NCBI GenBank assembly: GCA_038496445.1
Contig: JALMLS010000013.1
Span: 138,778 to 202,777, forward strand
Direction: 5' to 3'
Source: Trichosphaerium sp. ATCC 40318
Taxonomy: Eukaryota; Protista; Tubulinea
DNA: 64,000 bases
The position numbers and the translations under genes were made by a program. Position 1 is the stretch's first letter; the number at the start of each line of letters is the position of its first letter. The notes beneath the pieces were generated by a model. That model had not been told where the DNA came from. It worked only from the letters and a program-made list of their open reading frames with translations, and did no database searches. Positions 34,101 through 45,161 of the stretch are shown here, one piece after another.

Positions 34101-35174
34101 CTATTTGTCCGTAAAATACTTGCCATGCTGTTTTGCAAAAACCAATTGACGAAGACAAGTACTCGTGTTTGAACCATTCTCAATAAGTGATTTAACACAA
34201 TCATCTGTAACATTAAAACAACACCTAACATTAATAGCATGAGCGCCTTTCAATGCTTTTACACCCTCATCTGTAACGAAAGTACGGGACAGGTCAATTG
34301 TATGAACACCAGCCAATGCTTTAACACCATCATCTGTAACTCGGGTACAAGACAGGTTAATTGTATGAACACCAGCCAACGCTGTTACACCCGCATCAGC
34401 AACGAAAGTATGAGACAGGTCAATTGTATGAACACCACCCAATGCTTTTATACCCTCATCTGTAACTCGGGTACTAGACAGGTTAATTGTATGAACACCA
34501 GCCAATGCTTTAACACCCTCATCTGTAATTTGTTGACAAAAGGTCAAATCTATCGAATAAACACCTTTCAATGCTTTAACACCCTCATCTGTAATACTCC
34601 TACACTCAGATAAGCTAATTGTATGAACACCAGCCAAAGCTTTAACACCTTCATCTGTAATTTTACTACACATCCTCAAGTGTATTGTATGTATACCAGC
34701 CAACGCTTTAATGCCTTCATCTGTAATATGTGAACTAAATATAAAAGAAACTCTTTTAATTCCAGAGAGCTGTTTAAGATGTTCATCAGTAACTGATTCA
34801 TTTAATTGATATTTAAAGGATATCCCATCAACAACTTTGAAGTGAGTGAAGTCTATTTTTCTAAACTTTTTATCCATTTCAAGTGCGTATGCACCTTGTA
34901 GGTACTTTAAATGCTTTTGTTGAATAGGAAACTTGATAATAATCGTGTGTTCTTTGATGAGATGAGGCGCTTTTGTGAATAATTTCCGGAGCTTTTTTTT
35001 CTTCTTTAAAACGATATATTTCCTATTTGTATATCCAAGGTACTGTTTTGCAATGTTTGAAAGTAATTTGGATACACGGACAACGGAATGCATGGATAAG
35101 ATCGAAATATATTCTAGAACGTGAATAATGACTTCTACAGGTATCTCATCAAATATTGAGCTGTTTTTGTTCAT
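34101..35174 (-). CDS. F-box-like + short LRR protein
   Basis: MNKNSSIFDEIPVEVIIHVLEYI...VRVSKLL, then about 10 TDEGVKALAGVHTIxLS repeats. Intronless. Confidence 0.9.
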   Translation of the reverse strand: MNKNSSIFDEIPVEVIIHVLEYISILSMHSVVRVSKLLSNIAKQYLGYTNRKYIVLKKKKKLRKLFTKAPHLIKEHTIIIKFPIQQKHLKYLQGAYALEMDKKFRKIDFTHFKVVDGISFKYQLNESVTDEHLKQLSGIKRVSFIFSSHITDEGIKALAGIHTIHLRMCSKITDEGVKALAGVHTISLSECRSITDEGVKALKGVYSIDLTFCQQITDEGVKALAGVHTINLSSTRVTDEGIKALGGVHTIDLSHTFVADAGVTALAGVHTINLSCTRVTDDGVKALAGVHTIDLSRTFVTDEGVKALKGAHAINVRCCFNVTDDCVKSLIENGSNTSTCLRQLVFAKQHGKYFTDK

Positions 35175-35689
35175 CTCTTTAGCCAGATTTTTAACGAAAT
35201 ATGACCAACTCAAAAAGTCAGTTTTAGAAATAGATCACGTTTTTCAAAACGAAAGGGCACTGAAACTTGAAACGTTGAAGGGCACACTAAAGATGAGAAT
35301 ACGTGTAAGAGAGACGTGGCCTTATTGTAGGATAATAATAGCGTGTTTATTTATAGATTGTTACATAATTCAGAGAATACATATTAATGTTCATTATCGA
35401 GATATCATTAATCTCATGGTTAAATGTAATCAGAGAATAGTAACGTATGCTGTTGTATGTTACAAAACTGGTCAAAGCGTCATGAATACTTCCGCACATA
35501 TCGAGTTTCATTATACTCCATCTTTAGCTAAATAGCAATAAAAAGTCGCCAGTGTGTTAATCACGTTTCTGCGAAAGGCATAGTAGAGTCGATATTTTAA
35601 ACAAGTGGAAGCCAAAGACAGAAAACACGAGTGAGCCTGTATTCAACCTTGTTGGGCTTACACTCCGTTCAGCCCAAACATGCCTCTTT

Positions 35690-35922
35690 TTGCGAGGTAT
35701 TATTCACAACCATGTTGGATATGGTCGTATCAATGTTAAAAGTGAATAAAAACAAACCACTCTAGTAACAGATGAAGGTTTGGCGTTCACACTATCAGCT
35801 TGGGCTGTTGTAGAATGATAACAGACGAAGGTGTGAAGGGATTGGCAGGTGTACATACTATCCACTTGCATGATTGTAAGTCAATAACAGATAAGGGTAT
35901 TATGGCTTTGGCAGGCGTACAG
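35690..35922 (+). pseudogene. Shredded F-box-LRR fragment
   Basis: CACAACCATGTTGGATATGGTCGTATCAATGTTAAA is identical to the gene at 1..1106. It is followed by about 2.5 LRR units with deletions. Confidence 0.8.
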
Positions 35923-36049
35923 AAAGTAAAAAAAGCACAATTTTTTATTGTGTTATATGTACAAGAATAGTAAAAAAGGTTGAAAGAACTCTCTTTGCGC
36001 ATCATCGTTTATGTTTTTTTGTTATTTTTTCCTTAAATGTTTGAAACCT

Positions 36050-38755
36050 CTAATGTCTTACTTCAAACTCTCCTGCTTTTGTAATATGCTTTACACCCTA
36101 CCATTTGATTAAACAACTACTTATTAAGTAATACAAAACAAAAGGAAGGCTGATAAGGATTTTGTTTGTAAAACAAAGTCTCCACTATACAGGGTAATTA
36201 TATAGTGTTTCTTTGATAAACCAGAGAGCAAGGCTATAAATATAATATTGTGGGGTGTAAGAAAAAGAGTTTACCTTGAATGGTTTATAATCAACATTTA
36301 GAATCTTGATTTGATCAACATTTAGTCCTGAAGCATTCTAAACAAAAAATATCAGTTTTTGAGCTTTAATCGATAGATTTGATACATAATATGGGTATTC
36401 CGTTCTGTTGAATGTCAACCCACATGAAGGTTGAGGCTTGAAAAAACCAAACAACCAGAAAAAATTCTTGATCCAAAAAAAAAGCACGAAATTGAAACTA
36501 CAGGGGCGAGTGTAGTGGTTTTTTTCTACTCTCCAGTAAACATTTTGTTTATAATGTAATAATCAATACTTTTGTGTGAAGTTTGAGTGAGAAACATAAA
36601 AGGTTAGGTACTCAGCGTTGGTTGATGACCAAAAAAATATTATTGAAGGGTACAAAAAAAAGCGTACCCATTTCTTCAGTTCAAATGATACTACTACAAC
36701 TGGTTTCATCTCAGGCTGACTTGAACATGTAAGCTTGGCTAATATGATTTAGAACAAAAAGTATACAGTAATAAATCATTGACTTACCATCTAAAGTTGG
36801 TGCAATTGCAGGAAAGTGAGAAAATTTCCATGTTGCTGTCTACAAAAAAAGTAAATAACCAACATAACGTTTCAAGCATATCCAATAGTTACACTCTAGA
36901 AGCGCAACTACGACTGGCATAGATAGGGCTTAAAAATAGAAGTCTCAAAATACAAACTTGAGCAAGTTTAAAAGAGAGTTAAAACGCTTGGTTGGAGCCT
37001 TAAAGTTGGACTCTTTTGAATGCAACAGGTACTTTTGAAATAAAAGGTAACGTACTCTTTCTTGTTCATTGTATTTAGCAAATCCATGAGACACTGTAAA
37101 ATCAGCACTTGTCACTTTTGTCGGGAATATAACGTCTAGTTTAACAGAATTGAAGAAAACTTGACCGACATTTTTATCAACACGAATATGAAGGGTACCA
37201 CCTGTCTGTGAGTATGTTGATTGTACTTTTATATTAACAGGTACTTTTATATTACCCCTAACACTAAATATAGCCAAAATTAGAACATGAGGAAAGTAGA
37301 GAGATCTATAAGGACGTACGTGTATTCAAAAACAGTAAATTTTTTATCCGGCGGAATAAGACTCAAGGTTCCTGCTTCTAAATATCTTTTCTTGTTTACT
37401 GATGGATGTAAAGCAGCATCATCTATAATTCTATGGTTTGAAAACATAAAACATATCTCAGGCATCCCTTAAAAGCAGTAAGGTAAGCAACTTGTCAAAA
37501 AAACAAGAAAATAGTTTAATGTTCAATTACCTGATAATCTACATTCTACCTTAGCCAGCCCTCGTATTGTAGCGTACAGAACTTTATTTCCGCTATTCAA
37601 TAGTAATAAGCACACCAGTTTAAATCGGAAAATGAAACAAGGAAGCCGACATACTCTATCTTTGCATCAATGTATTCAACGAAATCAACTAAAAGTTCAT
37701 TTCTTGCGTAATAAACGCCTGTAGGTCTATGTCTTTGCATCAATTGGTTAATCTATAATAATCAAATATATTAATATCTCAAAACCATACAAATCTATTG
37801 AAAAAAAAACACGTGTAGAACAAGAAAGACGTCAAACAAAAAAAAACGAAAAAATAGATTTTCATCGACACATGACGGCAGCTTTTGCCCAAAGTGCAAT
37901 AAAACACGTAAGAATATTTTACAACACAAGTATACTTCGTTTCAGACAAAAAAACCTGCAGTGAAATTCCGAAACGACATGATTTTCTTTTTGGAAAGTT
38001 TGTTCTCAAAAATACAGGATTGTGAATACTGAACTTACATTCCTTGCTACTTCATCATTATCATTGGATGTCCAAGGGTTTAATTGACCTATAATAGACT
38101 CTTCATATACCATTGACTTCATTGCTGCAGGGTAATTATTAAAAGGTAGTCCACCATCCGCTATTTCGTCCACAACCTATTTTAAAGACACGAGTAAGAA
38201 AAACAACAAGGTTTCGAAGTAATTTTCTTCAACGGTTTGTGAATAAAATATAAATGGTTTCTAGTACCTGTTGTAACACTACTATATCGCGCTTAACCAT
38301 TTTCGGCGTCAATCCACCGTATTTAAAGTCAATATAATCTGTAATAATGGAATCATCCTTTCTGAGCGTTTATGATGTTTTTTGTTTAAAAACGTACGTT
38401 GGAACATCTCTATAATGTTGTGGAGTAATTGAATAGCGCAAATAGCTGGAATATCGCGTGTCACTGTTGCCACAGCGAAAACTTGTGGCCCAGGGTGTAT
38501 CCAAGCAAATACAGTCCCATTTACTTCAAGTATTGGTGGTTGACCTTCAATCTCTACCATTCATTAACCAATCAGATCCCAAGCGTCTGTAAGCGACGTA
38601 CCGAGTTTTGAGGCAATTTCGTACAGCAAGTGCTCTGATGTTGCCTTTTTGTAGTGTTTGCTTAGTAGCGTGTGCCCATAGAAATGTCAGTGGTACATTT
38701 CAATATTGTACAACGCGTACCCATCTTGCTCTAACAAAAAGAAGCTTGATATCAT
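36050..38755 (-). CDS. Adaptor complex medium subunit, AP-3 mu-like (spliced, divergent)
   Basis: MISSFFLLEQDG..., VVDEIADGGLP, YARNELLVDFVEYIDA, CRLSGMPE, DDAALHPSV...LSLIPPD, ASGLNVDQIKI...YKPFKGVKHITKAGEFEVR. Confidence 0.85.
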
Positions 38756-39297
38756 TCCAAACAACGATTGGACGCAAACAGAGTTTAGTTATCGCTTATT
38801 TGACGCACTTAGACCTATTGCAGCTTAAATCAAGCGTTTTGTGCTACACGTTTGTAGTTTACTGGGTGCAATATTTATTCTACCCCCAATGAAACATAAG
38901 GAGTCACTGCTGAAAATGCGAATTCGCAACTTCATTTTTAAACAACTTTTACGTGAAAACGCGCTTTGTAACTAGTTTTTCTTCGATTAGATACGCACTA
39001 CGAACAGCCTATTCAAAACCAAGTCTTTCCCGCCACATAATGTTTTTTACGTATTGGCCAGAAGCACGTGCCTGAACGTTACCAGTTCGCACCCACAAAC
39101 TAAAAAGCTTCTTTGTATTCTTCCGAAAGCACTGGTAGGTAACGATTTCGATTTGAGGAGTAATGATTCGTTTTTGCCTGTCAAAGAAGTACTAATAAGG
39201 AAAGTCTTCCACGCGACAATCCACCCAAAACCGCACAAAGTCGCACTAATTCGTAATTTTCCGTAAAGACTACATCAAAGACCTCATATAACCTACT

Positions 39298-39933
39298 ATG
39301 CTCGCCAGAATTAACACAATCGCTCTCACCGGTCGCAGAACCACATCTTACCGCCAACCAGCTAAAAAAATTACCGTAACCCGCAACTACCACGAACGTG
39401 TTATTGACCACTTCAACCACCCAAAAAATGTTGGAAGTCTTGATAAAAAGAGCAAAAGCGTTGGAACCGGTTTAGTTGGAGCACCAGCCTGCGCTGATGT
39501 AATGAAGATGGTAAGTAAACGTTAATGACCCAAGAAAAAAATTGTACCGTAAAAACTACCATTGCCTTGTTTATTTCCAAAAATCGTCCGTTAATCGTGC
39601 TGTAGGACATCCAAGTAGAGGACGGTGTCATTGTAGATTCAAAATTCAGAACCTATGGCTGCGCTTCAGCTATTGCTTCTAGCTCTCTTGCAACAGAATG
39701 GTATGCGCGTCACCTATCTGCCCAAACCCTTATTATTGTATAGGATTAAGGGTAAAACAATTGAAGAAGCTCTTGAGATTAAAAACCAACAAATCGCTAA
39801 ACATTTATCTTTACCACCTGTAAAACGTCACTGCAGTATGCTTGCCGAAGATGCTATTCGCTCAGCTATCCGTAACTACAAGCAAAAGAACGAAGAAGAA
39901 GCCGCTCCAGAACAAAAAGAGCAAACAGTGTAA
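39298..39933 (+). CDS. ISCU: Mitochondrial Fe-S cluster scaffold IscU/Isu1 (2 introns)
   Basis: Arg-rich presequence; YHERVIDHF..PKNVGS, GAPACADVMK, YGCASAIASSSLATEW, LPPVKRHCSMLAEDAI. Confidence 0.96.
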
Positions 39934-40711
39934 ATTAGAAAGCGCAATGCTTACCCCTCAAACGAAAAACCAACGCAACATTATTGAGTTCGTTGAGTTT
40001 TTTGTCAAAAAAATTTTAATAATTGTCAGGCTAAGATAGGGTTACTGTGTAGATAAAAAGAAGAATGTTACCCAATAAATAATATTCCTGGTACCAAATC
40101 GAGTAGATCAGTCCAAACCGTTATGATACAAAACTTAACCGGACAAATACACTTCTCACATTTTTTCTATATATCCGGATTTCTATAGGCTGAAAGAGTA
40201 CTTTTTCAGCATGCTATGGTGCCACAAATAATGTACTTTTATAGGCAAGAAATCGCTTCACTCAAATGAATCCAAGTTTGTAAAATCTTGCAATGTTAAA
40301 TGTCTTGTGTCTTTAACCATTATTGCTTTTAGAAACACTGTATAACTTGCTTATAGAAACGCCATCAGATCTTTAATCTTTCTCCTGCGTTGCTGTTTTT
40401 TCGTGAGTTTTTAGTGTTATCAGAGAAATGTGTTTCAAATAAACAATTCGCCAATTTACCCAACAGAAATTTTTAGAAAACATTCAACGAGCTTCAGGTG
40501 CACACGCGGAGAAAGATACTACATAGTCAATAAAATAACTCTACCTATTCATTACAGAGCATTTGCTCAATGATTATCGCCAAACCATTTTGTAAACGTA
40601 AGTCAGCGCGTATTACTAATTTAATTTCGCTTTTAACGCTCTCATCAAGGCACAAGGAAAAGCGTGCGCTCTGTGGCAAAACGTTTGTGTAAAATCGTTT
40701 CAATAAAGCGA

Positions 40712-41981
40712 ATGGCGAAGCCTTCACCTAGAAGGTACATATTATTTAATTATGTCATCATCTCAATGGCGTTATAGGGGTAAAGAAGATAACCCTGAGA
40801 TTGAAGTGATTCAAGCTGGAGGTCATGGCGACCTGAAAAAAGGCCTAAAAAAGGGCACACTCGTGAAGGTACTACACACGCTCTTTTAACTACTGTACCC
40901 AACTTTGGCACTTCCGTATTTGTTAAATATCTATTAGCCGACCTCAAAGGCCGAAGCAGACTTCTACGAACATATTGGAGACTATTTACCAGCAGAACTT
41001 TTGCCCTTTACTCCAAAATGCTTCTCAATATCAGAAACAGACGGTAAATCCGCTGTGACCATTACTTTGGAAGATTTAACGCACGGTAAACACAAAACTT
41101 TGAACGCGCTGCTCAAATTTGTTTTATAATCGCTAAAACATCAAACCAACGCGATTCTCACTTGTAATTATAGGTATGGCGCGACCATGTGTAATGGATC
41201 TTAAAATGGGAAGAACAACGATCGCTCCCGGTGCTCATTTAGCAAAAAAAATGCTCATGACGGCAAAAGATAAGCTGTCAACGACACACGATCTTGGGTT
41301 TCGGCTTGCAGGTACCGAGACTCCTTCAAACGTTTAAAAAACTTTCTTGAATTCTTAAAAACCACGTAGGCGCACGCTTCTGGAATGATAAAGACGGTGA
41401 ATACACAGTTTATTCAAATAGTAAGAGAATGCCTTTCACCAAAACGTAGAAATAACTTTTTTATTCTAACTCTACAAAAAGGTCATGGTGCCCGTATACA
41501 TGCTAGTGATATGCAAGATGAATTAGAAGCGTTTTTTAATACTGGAAGCGGACTACGTGTTGAGTTAATCAAAAAGTTTCGAGCAGACATCAAAATCATC
41601 AAGAAATGGTTTGCTGTACAGAAGAAATGGGGTTTTGTTGGTAATTCTCTGTTATTCGTTTACGATGCAAGTTCATCAACGCCTAAATACCGTACGTGGT
41701 AACTCCTACTATACACTTTAGAGGCAGCTTTTGTTTGTAAAGTGTTTTATTTCTCGATTTTGCACGTAAATGTTTGTCCACTACGCGTTTATAGTATTTT
41801 GTTGTGCGTGTTACTGATAGTCTGAATAGGCCTTGCTATGATCGATTTTGCGCATGTATATAAGTCAGATAGTATTGATGATGGATATCTCTTTGGTTTA
41901 CAAAACATAAAACAATACCTCAAGAACATCATCACAGTTGATACTAATAATGATACATCAAAAAAAGGCCACAAAAAGTGA
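40712..41981 (+). CDS. Inositol polyphosphate kinase (IPK/IPMK/IP6K superfamily), spliced
   Basis: QAGGHG, LEDLT, PCVMDLKMG (PxxxDxKxG), LGFRLAG, SLLFVYD, MIDFAH, DDGYLFGL. Confidence 0.93.
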
Positions 41982-42376
41982 AAAAGTATAAATTGTGTTA
42001 TACAATAGAACTTGTAGAATGAACTACAAGAGCTATGTTTTGCTTCGCGGAAAGTATAACCGATTTTTTGTAATATAATAAGTAAGGGACAAAAAAAGAA
42101 AAAAAAAACCAAAATAGTGTAAATAAAAATCCACGTGACCTTAGTCTTGTTAACCAACCAATATTCTTCATCAACTTGTTACAAAGAGTATGGATTAACT
42201 AGCTATTGCGTCAATTCTTTTTTTGACAAAAAGCGATGCACTGTTGTTCATGAAATGCATAAGTTTGCAGACCAATTATGACTGAACATGGATTCACAAA
42301 AAAAAAGTTGTTCTATTATTTATTGGTACATCAGTTGACCGAATTTCTACGTATGTTTGTAAGCGCTGTAGGAGTT

Positions 42377-43492
42377 TCATTTCTTTAGTGCTAAAGCCCA
42401 GTCACAACGTGGTTTGATCGTCATACCATCATCAATAACATCAACAGCAAAGCTACCTGCAAACATAACTGTATCATATTCAACGCCATTATCATTGACT
42501 AGCACAGGCACAGTACAATAACCAGGTGTTATTTTAGACAGGTCAAAAATAGGCCATTTAGAATCAACGGTAGTTCCGAATATCGAAACAGAACGGTTAT
42601 CTCCTCTCCATATACCGTCTCCGTCAAAGGCGCATAATGCTGTAATCCATCCACTGAGGTATGTAGGACCACTACCACCACCCTGGCGATCGCAAATAGT
42701 AGACCAGAAGTCTAGATTTGGCTTTCCAGAGGAAGCATTAACGAGTTCATCCAAAATAGGTGATAATAGTGCGTGCCACTTTTTCATTAAATTCTTGTCT
42801 CCAACTTCGAATTCAAGGAGCTTGTCTATCTTACTACGTAGCTTGATATAGTCCTCAGGCGCTCCAAGAAGAGTGACGTTTGGGATGCCACACATTAGAC
42901 AGAATTCGTAAGAAAAGTATTTTTGCATGCTTGCCATTAAGAGCACTGATGATACTACCTTATCAGTCTCTGTTGTTGTTGTAAAGTCTGGAATAACCCA
43001 AGAGCGCATTTGATCGTCTTTCAGGTTCTTTTGTATTTCGAACGTCATTTTCTTTGCTAATCCTGCGTAATCAGCGGTTCTAAGGGTTCCTCCAGAGTGA
43101 ACGACTAGTTTCTTCTGTCCTGAGTGAGAAACAAATTTAGCGCGTAACTGTTCGGCGTTTTTGTTGATATAAAGGCTGAACTGCGTTAGAATAGCTGTCC
43201 AAAAGTCATCTAGGCGTAAAACGATGTTGTGATGATAACAGTACGCTTCAACGACAGCATCAACCAATCCGTTGTGTTCCATACGCCTGGCAGTGGGAGT
43301 ATTGGCGTTTTCAGAGCATTGAATAACTTCTTTGAGCGGTTTGCATTCTGCGCCTTTTTTTGTCGTTTGATCGTCTGCGTTACCCTGCACATACTCTCTG
43401 AGGCCAACAATAACATTCCGAAGCCCAAGTTTTTCGCTTCGCGACCGTACTGCTGTTGCTTTTTTGTCTGAGGGCTGAAATGTTGTAGACAT
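42377..43492 (-). CDS. DUF4419-family protein, intronless
   Basis: NGLVDAVVEAYCYHHNIVLRLDDFWTAILTQFSLYINKNAE, PDFTTTTETD, MQKYFSY..LMCGIPNVTLLG..EDY, GSGPTYLSGWITA. Confidence 0.85.
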   Translation of the reverse strand: MSTTFQPSDKKATAVRSRSEKLGLRNVIVGLREYVQGNADDQTTKKGAECKPLKEVIQCSENANTPTARRMEHNGLVDAVVEAYCYHHNIVLRLDDFWTAILTQFSLYINKNAEQLRAKFVSHSGQKKLVVHSGGTLRTADYAGLAKKMTFEIQKNLKDDQMRSWVIPDFTTTTETDKVVSSVLLMASMQKYFSYEFCLMCGIPNVTLLGAPEDYIKLRSKIDKLLEFEVGDKNLMKKWHALLSPILDELVNASSGKPNLDFWSTICDRQGGGSGPTYLSGWITALCAFDGDGIWRGDNRSVSIFGTTVDSKWPIFDLSKITPGYCTVPVLVNDNGVEYDTVMFAGSFAVDVIDDGMTIKPRCDWALALKK

Positions 43493-43791
43493 GAAGCTTT
43501 TGTAGTTTAACAAGCGTGTTATTGCTGTCCCGGTTTCGTATTCTGTGAAAAGAACAATTCTTGCGCTTTCCGTTAATGTCGGTCTATAGCGCTCTCTATG
43601 CCGTATAGACTACCATTATACCAAATTGGTGCTAACACCACTTATTGAAGTGGTAGAACACGACATAGAGTGAGTACGAGAAATTGTTGATTGCACAGAT
43701 TGATTCTTTCGATCAAAGTGAAATATCAATCAAAATAATTGTATTCATTTTTTTCATATTCACAACAACAACGCACCTCCTCATCATTAAA

Positions 43792-44136
43792 ATGTCTTCA
43801 CAACGTACTAGTAATCAACTCAAAAGACTTGAAGATATGTCTTTCGTGGTAGCTAAAGACATAGAATACAAAGAAAAACGAAACAACATCATCAGATGGA
43901 GGCTATTACCAAATATCCAACAACATATTATCGAACTACTATACTACGCATTACGTGAGTTTGTTGAGATTACTTCTGAACGTTTAATACTTGATGCACC
44001 TTCAGAGGAAGTGTGTAAAGCGTATACAATGATAATGACACATGGACCATTTCCAAAATCGAAATACTTTCCAAAGACTACAAGGAAAGATTACAAAGAA
44101 TATGTAAAATCATTCGGACTAAAATTATGTAAATAA
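43792..44136 (+). CDS. Hypothetical intronless protein (114 aa)
   Basis: Protein-like ORF from MSSQRTS, followed by AATAAA and an A tract. Confidence 0.5.
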   Translation: MSSQRTSNQLKRLEDMSFVVAKDIEYKEKRNNIIRWRLLPNIQQHIIELLYYALREFVEITSERLILDAPSEEVCKAYTMIMTHGPFPKSKYFPKTTRKDYKEYVKSFGLKLCK

Positions 44137-44576
44137 ATCAATCAACAAAAAAAACCCGACATGTTCTTGCTTTAATTTAACATATTATTAATACGATCGT
44201 TTCTAACCGGACTTATCCCTTATTAAAATAAGACTGTCTGATGTCGTCATATTCTTTGCTTGACGAAATTTAGTGTCTTTGTTAATTTTGTATTGGGTGA
44301 CATAAAAAGCTCAACAGTATGTTCGCTGCTACATCCTTCCTTTGAAATAGAGTTAGGAAAGATCAAGAACTACGTTCGTTACGAAACCAGGAATCTTGAC
44401 AGCCGGTCTAAAATGATTCAAAGAACGAGAATTTGCCAAAGTTGGCTGGATCTTTGTTAATCAGTTGCACAAACGGAACAAAGCATTTAAATCTCTTGTC
44501 ATTATGTCTGCGATACAGAAGGTCAGTACATGTTTTATAAACGATTTCGGGCTTTTAGATATTAAATTACATTAGT

Positions 44577-44800
44577 ATGAGTTTTGTGCACTTCTACGCT
44601 TACCAGTGGAGATAAAACTGGATATTGGAGACTTGGACGTTGAAGTGTACATAAAGTGGCCAACAGTGCAACGATGGCAAGATATGACGATAAAATGCAG
44701 AAAGCAGGAATATTGATTCAAAAATCTGAACGTGTTAGTAGATTGATGGTAAGCAAGAAGGAGAATTTAAGTGTTGGTTTAGTAATGGCCAATGAACAAG
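44577..44800 (+). pseudogene. Shredded F-box-MORN fragment
   Basis: CALLRLPVEIKLDIGDLDVEVYIKWP / ARYDDKMQKAG / VDGKQEGEFKCWFSNGQ*, broken by deletions and frameshifts. Confidence 0.8.
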
Positions 44801-45161
44801 TTTGTACAAGTACTCTAAGGTAGACTTAAAGGGAATGTTAAGAGCTGGTACAGTAGTGGACAAAAAGAGGATAATTACTATTATAGCATTGGTGTCAAAC
44901 AACGAACAACCTTTGTCCACAACAAAGATATCAACATCTGCTTTGTTTATCAAAACGGAGCATTTTATTCTCACATCTCACCTCTGTTAGGTTTCCTAAT
45001 ACCTAATGACTCCCACCATTGGTAGGAAAACATCCTTATGGAGTGACCCTTGACTAACTCACATGGTATTTCAGAGCTAAGCGCTTGTTACTATTAAGTC
45101 ATAGAAATTCACGTACTGGAGCAGAGTTAAATTCAACTTGTAAGTTATTAGCACCACTGGC

